Notes under the pieces: generated by a model
What the model was told of the DNA's origin: nothing
The model's input: only the letters and a program-made list of their open reading frames with translations
Database searches by the model: none
Shown: in pieces, positions 53,143 through 62,129 of the stretch
Numbering within the stretch: position 1 is the stretch's first letter
Layout: each line of letters opens with the position of its first letter
Origin: Basidiobolus meristosporus CBS 931.73
Taxonomy: Eukaryota; Fungi; Basidiobolomycota
NCBI GenBank assembly: GCA_002104905.1
Contig: MCFE01000095.1
Span: 62,001-126,000 of the forward strand
Direction: 5' to 3'
DNA: 64,000 nt
Position numbers and translations under genes: made by a program

Positions 53143-54258
53143 ACAGACAAAGTAACATTGGCTAGAACTCAAAAGACTATCAACAGGCATACAGTAGAAT
53201 TTTGGAACATTAACAGGCACACCAAGATGTTACAGCACTTCTCAAGAGCAGGGCTCAAGAAAACACATTTGAATATTGCAAGGATTTATTGCAAAGACTG
53301 GCAGATGAGGTGCTAGACCTTGCAGTGTTGGCAGAAGACCAGGACATATGGGAACCAGTGAATGGACAGTGGCGTAAAGCCACAGGGTTCCTGCCAAAGT
53401 CATGGAAAAAGGGTGTTACAGCAGAAATACTTATTGGATGGTGGCCTTTAATGTAGTTACTTTTTTTGTATGGGGTTGGGCCCAATGTTAGTGCTGGGTA
53501 TAGGGACTTGTGTAGGTCAATACAATGGGCAATTGAGGTACAACTGAAGTTTCAACAGAAATCAATCAATGTGTTTGCATGAAGAGTAAGAGAAGCAGTT
53601 GGGTCAGGAAATAGGGAGTGCAAAAAAGAGGCAATAGCCAATCAATATACAGACACATAGGAGGTGATTGAGTGTCCAGGATCAGAAAGAGAGAGAATTA
53701 GCAGAGAACCAATCAAAAGCCACTTATGTATAGTTGTGATGAGAATTATGCCTAAGTTTTTGGTGAAATCTGGGGTGCAATTATTTTTCAACAGTCTTTG
53801 CAAGGTGTCCTGACAAGATCAATACCTCTTAGTCACAGGACTTTAATTTTGTGGCAGCCTTTTGACAGTACATCACAATTATTTTTCAAAGGGCAGTTAA
53901 GTAATTCAAGGATGGGTTGGATGCAATATGCAACTAATTCTTATCAGTACTGTCTTACTAAGGTAAGCTGGGCTTCTCATGAGTACAAACCACTTTTCAC
54001 ACCATTCAATACAGAATTCATATAAACAAAAACCTGAGCATACCTACAAGGGTAACTAGAATTTGGAAGGGAAAGGAATACATTGGACAAGTACCAAAAA
54101 GTATTTTGCAGATATTCAAGAGGTAATCATGGCAAATGTGGCAGCAACCAAGCATGTGTTGCAAGATGTATATGTTACCAGCAATACAAGGTATAAGGCA
54201 AGTTGGAACCATCACACTGAATAGCTGTAAAATTCAAGTGATAGAAGTATGTCAATTG

Positions 54259-54646
54259 TGTGGGTTATTACTGACTGTACTTGGTGGGTGGGAGAGCTTG
54301 TAGGTCAAGTCAGTACCACTTGGTTCAGAATAGCTTCCAATAGAAGGTAGCAAGGTAATAAAGACTTCTGTTTATTTTGTCCAAATCTTGTTGTTCTTCT
54401 TGGTTCAATTGGGTAGATATATATATATCATTTGGGGGGGCTTAGACAATAGACAATGTGTTATAAAATAGGGGTGTGAACACCTTCCTGTTATGGTAAG
54501 TGTTCTAACTAGATAAGGGTAGGGATAGGAGGGGGGACGTGTGGGGGAATCATAGGGAGGATACTGGAGGACTTTGGGTAGGACTCTGGAGGGAACTCTT
54601 GGGAGAACTCTTGGGCAAAGAGTAGGTACTACATTGAGTACTCACA
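54259..54646 (-). repeat. 3' LTR of the young gypsy
   Basis: TG...CA, 388 bp, direct repeat of 60645-61031. Confidence 0.97.
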
Positions 54647-55046
54647 TATCCCAGGGGTTAAGTGGGAGCTTTGTCCTCGAAGTTCTTTGACTAACTTGCT
54701 TCTCCAGGGTCAATTTTGTTTACAGAGCATGGGGAGTCACTGTAGTACCATTGCTGGTTGTCACTTGCAAGGGGATTGCGGGCAAGTACCTGATACCATT
54801 TGGTGGCCGAGTGGGGTGCGGCCTGTGTTGCTCAAGGGATGTTTTCCACAGAGCCAAATAGTTGGCAAACCATAGGGTTCTGGGTAAGCTCCTCGGGAGG
54901 GTCGGAGAACAAGAAAAGGTGCAATAGCGCAATAAAGTCTTGCTTCTTTATCTTGCAACGTTATTGGGGCTTGTCCTTTTTGTGTTTAATATGACGGCAG
55001 GGGACCTTTTGAAGAGGGCGTACACTCGGTTGGCAGTCACCTGTTG

Positions 55047-55859
55047 TCAATAACAAGTTTTTGCTTCTTCTGAGACGTATTGTAGTTCTTCTGTAGAAAC
55101 TGTGGCGCAATCAAGGCGCTTTTGTACTCGCCTCATGGTTTCTACAGAATCCGCGGCGGTTTCTTTGGCTTCTTGGAGTTGGACTTCGTACTGGTTCCTG
55201 AGTTGTCCTATGGTAAACCACTGTAATAGTTGTAACACAGCAACTTGGTGGATCGCATGGGTTAACTGGCCGGTGTATTTAATCCGTTCACGTATCTTCT
55301 CTAAGATGGTTCCTTCTTGGAAATGTGGTTTGAGATGTTTGCGAATTTCTCGGAGGAGTCCTTCAATCAGGAGTTCTACTTCTGGTGCTCTTGCGGCTTG
55401 TACCAGGTCTGTGTATACCTCAACAACTGTGGTACCTATTAATGGCAAGTATGCAACAATACAGGGGGGCTCTCGGGGTCTTGTGAGGGCTCGACAGTTG
55501 ATTCCTTGTGTCTTCTGTCTGACTGTGTCCAGTATGGATACGGGAATCAGTGCGGCGTCCTTCTCCTTAATGATCAAGGAACCTCCTCTTAGGTGATACA
55601 CGGTCTTCTTGGGTAGTATTTCCATGCTTTGTATTGGCGTGGGTAACTTGTCTTGTCCCTCTCTGATCGTGTCTTGTATTAGTGTGACTGCTCCGGCAAA
55701 CGACTCTTCATATGTGGCTCTTGTTGTACGTAATGCTTGTACCATATCTCTCAACACTTGCAGGTTGGTTTTGTTTTTGATATCATCTTGGTTCTTGCTA
55801 GTGGGAGGGGTATTGCCAGTTTTGGGTGAACTGTTTCCTTTGGCGCTTTCCATATGCAT
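55047..55859 (-). CDS. Uncharacterised extra ORF (ORF3, 270 aa) between pol and the 3' LTR
   Basis: ATG start 129 bp after the pol stop, same sense; protein-like composition, helical/coiled-coil-like C-terminus; no motif I recognise. Confidence 0.65.
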   Translation of the reverse strand: MHMESAKGNSSPKTGNTPPTSKNQDDIKNKTNLQVLRDMVQALRTTRATYEESFAGAVTLIQDTIREGQDKLPTPIQSMEILPKKTVYHLRGGSLIIKEKDAALIPVSILDTVRQKTQGINCRALTRPREPPCIVAYLPLIGTTVVEVYTDLVQAARAPEVELLIEGLLREIRKHLKPHFQEGTILEKIRERIKYTGQLTHAIHQVAVLQLLQWFTIGQLRNQYEVQLQEAKETAADSVETMRRVQKRLDCATVSTEELQYVSEEAKTCY

Positions 55860-55988
55860 TCTTTTGTTCTCCCCTTTGGGCGAACTCCCTCGCGCATATT
55901 ATTTGTACCTATATTGACTAAAATCTCCTCTAATAAACTTTGTATGTATCCCGTGTCTTCCTCTATCCTTGTCCTGATAATTGTTTAA

Positions 55989-58900
55989 TCACACTTTGGT
56001 TTCAGTGATGATCGGTGGATCATCATGAAACGGTTTCAGATGGGCTGGCGCTATGTTGCTGATCGTCTTATTGTTCAGGGTGATGGTGTACTTTGGTCCG
56101 TGGTCCAAACTGATAACGGTGCATGGGCCAATCCATTGGGGTGTAAATTGTGGACGGAACTTGAGGCCTGCAACGGTTTGGCTGTACCACACCTTATCGC
56201 CTGGTTTCCACTTTTGTCTTGTTAGTTTCTCATTTTTGGGTGGAGGGGGAAGGTGCTTGTCGACATTTTCGAATACTTTTATGTATAGGTGGGCAATACG
56301 GTGTATCAACCTTTCTATATAGTCGTTATGTGTCGTCAGGGGGACACCTTCCATTGTTAATCCAGCTTCCTCCCGCCACTTGGGTCTTCATCCATATAGG
56401 ATTTCATATGGGGAGAAACCCATTGTTTTATTTGGTGTGGTGCGCATTGCTAGGAGTGTCAGTGGGAGCAGCTTGGCCCATGATTGGGGAAGTTCCCAGT
56501 GAAGCTTCTCTAGTATGCGGCAACACGTCTGGTTCATCCTCTTGGTTAATCCGTTAGTCTGGGGTTGATACGCGGCTGTGAAGACTTGTTTCATGCCCAT
56601 CATTTTGCACAGGTGGGCCACGGTGTTGTTCAGGAAGGAACCACCATTGTCGGACAGGAGTATCTGAGGATATCCGTGTCGGCAGATGAGGTGTTCTAGA
56701 ATGAATCGGGCGGTTGTCTTCTGATCTTTATTGCGGACAGCTTGGGCTTCTACCCACTTTGAGAAATAATTGGTAGCGATTATTATGTATTGTTCTCCTT
56801 TCTTTGTTTTCATAAAGGGGCCAACAAAGTCAATCCCTACTTGGTGGAAGGGCAGGTTGACCGGTATTGGTGCGGTTGTCCCTATCTTCTGACTCCGGTT
56901 GAATCTTTTGCAAGTGGTGCATCTTTGTAACGTATTTGTAACGTCGGTCATCATTTTTTGCCAATAAAACGTTTTTCTTAACATCTTATATGTTGTTAGG
57001 GGGTTAGCGTGTCCTAATGACATATGTCTTTCTCGTATGATTTCTTCACGGGCTGCTAGTGGGGGTACCTCGGCTCTGGACTGTCCTTGGAGGAACCATA
57101 GTCAATTTTCTTGTACTTTGTACTGACACCATTTCCTTCGAAATTCTCTCTTCTGTTTGTTTGTAACGACATGTTCGGGATACCTCCCTTTCTTTTTAAA
57201 GCAGATTACGTCCTCGTACTCATCACTGACACGTATTTGGCAAACGGGATAGCGACTGAGGAAGTCTGCGTCCTGGTGTTTCTTGCCAGCATGGTGAATT
57301 ATTTCAAAGTCGTATTGCTGTAGTTGTAGGGCCCAATGTGCTAGTTGGCCGGTAAAGTCTTTAGTTTTCATCAGCCAGACCAGTGCGCTGTGGTCTGTTA
57401 CTATCGTGAATTGGCGACCATGTATGTATGTATGGAATTGTTTAATTGCATAAACAACAGCCAGACATTCTATCTCGGTAACGGGGTAGTGGCGTTCGTG
57501 TTTGTTTAGCAAACGGCTCACGTACCAATTGGGTGGAATTCGCCGGGTTGGTGGTATTGTCCCAGTACGGCACCTATACCGGTGAGACTTCCATCACAGT
57601 TAATAAAAAATCTTGCATCCCAATTGGGAAATCGTAACACTGGCGGTGACGTCAGGGAATGTTTCAGCTGATCGAATGCTCTCTTTTGAGGCTCCAACCA
57701 TACAAAACATTGGCCTTTTCGCGTCAATTCGTATAGGGGGGCTGCTATTGTCGTGAAGTTTTTGACAAAGCGGCGATAGTAGCTGGCTAATCCTAGGAAT
57801 CCCAACACTGCATTAATGTCCTTTGGTGCAGGTGCATTTTGAACGGCTTTCAGGAGTGACGTAGATGGGTATATTCCATCTGCTGAGATCTTGTGGCCCA
57901 GGAACAACAATTTCATATACAGGAAATGGCACTTCTTGGGATGTAGTTTGAGTTGGTTCTTGAGGAGGGCTGTCAGGATACGTTGCACGTCGTGTATATG
58001 TTCTTCTACATTGGGGGAACATATTGTGATGTTGTCCAGATACACAAGGGCGCATTCCCATCATAGATTTCCTAGCACCTTGTTGATCATCCTTTGGAAC
58101 GTAGCGGGGGCATTGCACAAGCCAAAGGGTAGTTGGTTCCATTTGTATAATCCAAGCAATGTTATAAAAGCAGTTTTGGGTCGATCTTCCAGGGCTACTT
58201 CTACTTGCCAATACCCGGAGATTAAGTCAAGAGAGCTAAAATATTTAGCTCCGATTAATCTGTCCAAGAGGTCGTCTGTTTGCGGTAGCGGATACACGTC
58301 CTTCCGGGTGACGGCGTTCAATTTCCGGTAGTCAATGCAAAAGCGTTGCTTTCTGTCTTTCTTTGGGACTATCACTACAGGGGAGGCCCACGGAGACTGG
58401 CTCTCTGTAATGATGTCGTCTTTTAATAAAGTTTCAATTGTCTCTTTGATATAGTCTGTGTCAATTTTCAAATTCCTATAGGCTTTTTGCTTGATGGGGT
58501 ATTTGTCGGTGAGGTGGATTTGGTGATATACCCCAGGTATATGACCAATTACTTGGTTCTTAGAGAATACTCGGGCAAGCGGACGTATTCCTTCTAGGAA
58601 CTTGTCTCCTAACGTAGGCGGTAGACCGGGGTCCACATCTAGTTTGGGGAGTTCTTCTTCTGGTTCCTTGTTTGTAGGTGGTCCTTGGTTGTCTCCATCG
58701 ACTTCCTCTAAGTTTAACAATGGCACTCCTCTAGGCAATGTCACCGTGTGTCGCCCGTTGTTAACCACTAAGCATTTCAGGCTTTGCATTTCAAATTTCG
58801 GTGGTATCCATACTTTAGGGATCGCGATTCCTTCCAGTTGCTCGGATGCCTTTGCTGTGGTTATCATTCTTCCGCTTGTCAAATAAGCTATTGGTGTTTC

Positions 58901-59750
58901 TAATGAGATCACCGTCTCACTGGCGGGTGGTATTTTTATCACCTTTTGTGTGATGATCGGAGACTGCGACGGTTTCACCTCTTCAATCGTCACACTGTTG
59001 CTACGCGCCTTGCTCTCATTGGTGATATGAATCAGTGGGATACTCTTGGTATCCCACCTGAGTTCAGATGCACTGTAAAGTATATCCATCTTATGTTGGA
59101 TAAACCAACTCTTGCCAATGAGTAAGTCATTGGCTGCAACAGGTAGGACCACAACATCTTGGCGTATTATCAAGTTGCCTAGCCAAATGGGGCAATTAGG
59201 CACCACACCTACCGTTGTATCCAGTTGGTCATTTGCTAGCCGTACTTGGATGGTGTCGTTGGGGACTATATCTAGTTTTAGACGTTTCGCTAATGACTCT
59301 GACATGATCAACGTAGAGGATCCTGTGTCGATAAGGGCAAGAATCTCCTTATTCTCTATACGTACCTTTACGTATGTACCTTTATTTGGTTTTTGCAGGA
59401 CCGTCTGGTTGACATGGAGGGTCGTTATCTCCTTCAATCCCTCTATCAGTTCCTTGACTAGAGCTGGGGCAAGTCCCAGTAAATTGGTTATTGGGAGGGT
59501 TGCCTTGGTTTGCTCTAGTACCTTCATTATGGGGAATAGGCCATGGGAAGACGTGCTAGCGTTCTTTGTTCGCTTTAACACTTCTTCCCAAGGCTCATTC
59601 CGTACTTCTTCACCTAATTCCACGCTCTTTCCTTTTGACGGAACCTCTACTACAGGTTCCTTTGCCTCCTCTCTAGAAGCATCATGTCAACGCTTCTTCT
59701 TCCGCACTTTGACTGTCCTGACCGGAGGGCTTAGATTGACTGAGTCCCGT
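55989..59750 (-). pseudogene. pol: Gypsy pol (protease, RT, RNase H, integrase)
   Basis: ALIDTGSS, SPWASPVVIVPKKD, LPFGLCNAPATFQ, VYLDN(D), CDGSLTGIGAVL, TDHSAL, HxxxGH-CxxC, GIDFVGP, SDNGGSF, GPC/HLKPF; TGA stops at 59687, 58061, 57102 and 56388; 1-bp frameshift ~57520; no chromodomain; 5' boundary approximate. Confidence 0.95.
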
Positions 59751-59789
59751 TGGCCTCCTGGCAAGGGACTCTGTCTTTTGATGCCTTCT

Positions 59790-60603
59790 TCTCTTTTGTG
59801 TCCGGTACGGCTTCTCTTCCGTATTGTTTTTCACATTTGTGGGCCCGGTGACCTACTTCTCCACACACATAACACGGATACTGTTGTTGCGGTCATTCCA
59901 TCTGTTGGGTCAGGACTTGAACCTGGGCCTTTAGATCTACGACAGCTTCCCAGAGTTTATCACCTTCTTTGGGGACTTCTTGGACATTGTTGATCAAGAG
60001 TTCTTGGACCTTTTGCCGTAATTCCTCTAACTCACGGTCTTTCGGGGAGGCGATTTTTCCTTTCTTACGGGGGATCCCTGTCCTTTGATCATTTGTATCC
60101 CTATAGGGTAGCCCCCATAGCAAGATGACCCCTTGTACTTGTTCGACCAACTCTTGCAACGTTTTACATCCTTGTTGTTCTTCAGACGCCCTACGTCTTA
60201 TTTCGTTGTCTAAGCCCATGATGTAATACCTCATGAGCTGTCATTTGGCGATTTTGTCCTTTGGGAGACATTGAACTTGTTGGAGAAACAATTCAGTGTA
60301 GGCTTCATAGCTTTCACTGCTTTTCTTCCGTGAGGACAGTAGAAGGGCTTTGTAGTGGTATCCTTCGGCATATAGAAAGCGTGTCTTGTAGGCTTCTTCT
60401 AGTGCATCCCAGTCGTCTTTAACTGCGTCTTCCAACCCATAATGCCATCGCCATGCTGACCCTTCCATATGTCTTGCAAACTCTCTTACTTTCTTATTGT
60501 TGTCCCATCCTGCATCAACCGCAACTCTCTCAAACTTATTGAACCACTCAAGGGCTTTCTCTCTCTTTCCCTTGTATGTTTTTAGTTTGATTGTAGTAGT
60601 CAT
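59790..60603 (-). pseudogene. gag: Gypsy gag with CCHC zinc knuckle
   Basis: EWFNKFERVA-GW...EGSAWRW; one frame across TGA at 60241 and 59893, then CYVCGEVGHRAHKC. Confidence 0.9.
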
Positions 60604-60628
60604 TACCTCACTTGTGCTTATTTCCGCA

Positions 60629-60640
60629 GAGACGGCACCA
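60629..60640 (-). promoter_or_regulatory. Primer binding site, tRNA-His-like (TGGTGCCGTCTC)
   Basis: 4 nt after the 5' LTR; resembles the complement of tRNA-His 3' ends (...AGA(C/U)GGCACCA). Confidence 0.7.
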
Positions 60641-60644
60641 AATA

Positions 60645-61031
60645 TGTGGGTTATTACTGACTGTACTTGGTGGGTGGGAGAGCTTGTAGGTCAAGTCAGT
60701 ACCACTTGGTTCAGAATAGCTTCCGATAGAAGGTAGCAAGGTAATAAAGACTTCTGTTTATTTCGTCCAAATCTTGTTGTTCTTCTTGGTTCAATTGGGT
60801 AGATATATATATATCATTTGGGGGGCTTAGACAATAGACAATGTGTTATAAAATAGGGGTGTGAACACCTTCCTGTTATGGTAAGTGTTCTAACTAGATA
60901 AGGGTAGGGATAGGAGGGGGGACGCGTGGGGGAATCATAGGGAGGATACTGGAGGACTTTGGGTAGGACTCTGGAGGGAACTCTTGGGAGAACTCTTGGG
61001 CAAAGAGTGGGTACTACATTGCGTACTCACA
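60645..61031 (-). repeat. 5' LTR of the young gypsy
   Basis: 387 bp, adjacent to PBS and gag start. Confidence 0.97.
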
Positions 61032-61596
61032 AATTGCAGTGGATGTGCACATATGTAATGGCTAGTAAGCAGTATGCCATAGCTTTTTTTGATTCAAACT
61101 ATTTGTGGATTACCCATGGTAGTAATGGATAAGCAAATAAATTAGGTAGTTCTGCAATGGAATATATGAATGGCGCAAGGGGAAGTAGCAAAAGGAAACA
61201 CCATTTGGTAAATAGGTACGGTAGCATTAAATAGTGATAATTCCGGATTGCCATATTGCCATTATATAGCCAGTAGATGTCTGTATCAGGGCTGTCAAAA
61301 TACCATCAAGTTTTTTCCATATATTGCATTTGCATGTACTGGCTGGTTAGGTCCCCTCAAATCAGTGTAGGCTGCAATAAGACTGTCAGAATGCCATCAA
61401 AATCCTGTTAAAGAACCACCTATATACTGTCAAGTTTACTTATCTATACAACGGTGGAATCAGCAAAATATCAATACAATCCCATCATAACATTGTAAAG
61501 AGGGTAAATAATTCCAAGCTGCTGACTAAGTTAGGTGAGTACATAGGTAGAATTAGAAATCTTTACAACAAATATGAGTATTTAGCAGAGTAAAGG

Positions 61597-61942
61597 TGTT
61601 TTTATTATGTAGTTACACCTAAGCATCCACCTAATGTAATCACTTATATCATTGTTTTAAAACCCTAGAGCTCTGACTAAGTTCCCTGTCAGAATTCACC
61701 TGGAATATATTCACCAAAATATCGGGTTCCCAGAACATTAGAAGTTTTGAGGTTATCCAAACAGCCCCAAAGTCTGCACACATGCTCTTGGGACCTTTCT
61801 AAACATATTCCACATGTTTGTTTTGCCAACAGCATGTAAAAGTGTCAATACTACTTCTACATTCAGTAAATCTTCAAGTGAGAGACCACATAATCTGTTT
61901 GTTCTCCCAGTTACTTCCAATATCTCCAAGACTCTTAAAGCA
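61597..61942 (+). repeat. Decayed copia A-type 3' LTR (plus a ~50 bp inverted LTR-A start at 61521-61569)
   Basis: Preceded by sequence resembling the copia A end/PPT; ends TATCTCCAAGACTCTTAAAGCA. Confidence 0.8.
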
Positions 61943-62129
61943 CCAGGTACATTTGGCATATTGCTTCAAGTACAGTCAAACTGGGAAATGAGTGAATCAT
62001 AGTAACAACATATTGTATGAGATTGTGCAGAGGCACCTCCAAGATTGTATCATGCAGGAAGTATATGGGCAAATACATCACCCCTCAACCATCCTAGTTT
62101 TCCCAATTTGTAGGAAATGACCATGGATA

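Larger units (their letters stand above)
54259..61031 (-). mobile_element. Young Ty3/gypsy element (6773 bp) with an extra ORF
   Basis: LTRs 54259-54646 and 60645-61031 differ by 5 substitutions and 1 indel; TSD AATTG; gag-PR-RT-RH-IN order; CpG-rich. Confidence 0.97.
53140..61525 (+). mobile_element. CMC transposon copy C remnant (ORF2 3' end joined to transposase C-terminal region), target of the young gypsy
   Basis: 53140-53885 aligns with 40555-41300; 53890-54258 plus 61032-61525 align with 49200-50060. Confidence 0.75.

Noticed and set aside
55047-55859. ORF3 as a retroviral-type env
   Set aside because: No signal peptide, transmembrane segment or furin-like site is evident; kept as unknown ORF
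59112-59993. Long antisense ORFs (293 aa here; 164 aa at 55102-55596)
   Set aside because: They mirror sense coding frames, have S/R/L-rich non-protein-like composition, and have no independent support
55047-60243. UGA recoding or alternative genetic code as the cause of TGA-only stops
   Set aside because: CGA>TGA deamination explains them together with YLDD>YLDN; the element also has a frameshift, and copia A has TAG and TAA premature stops
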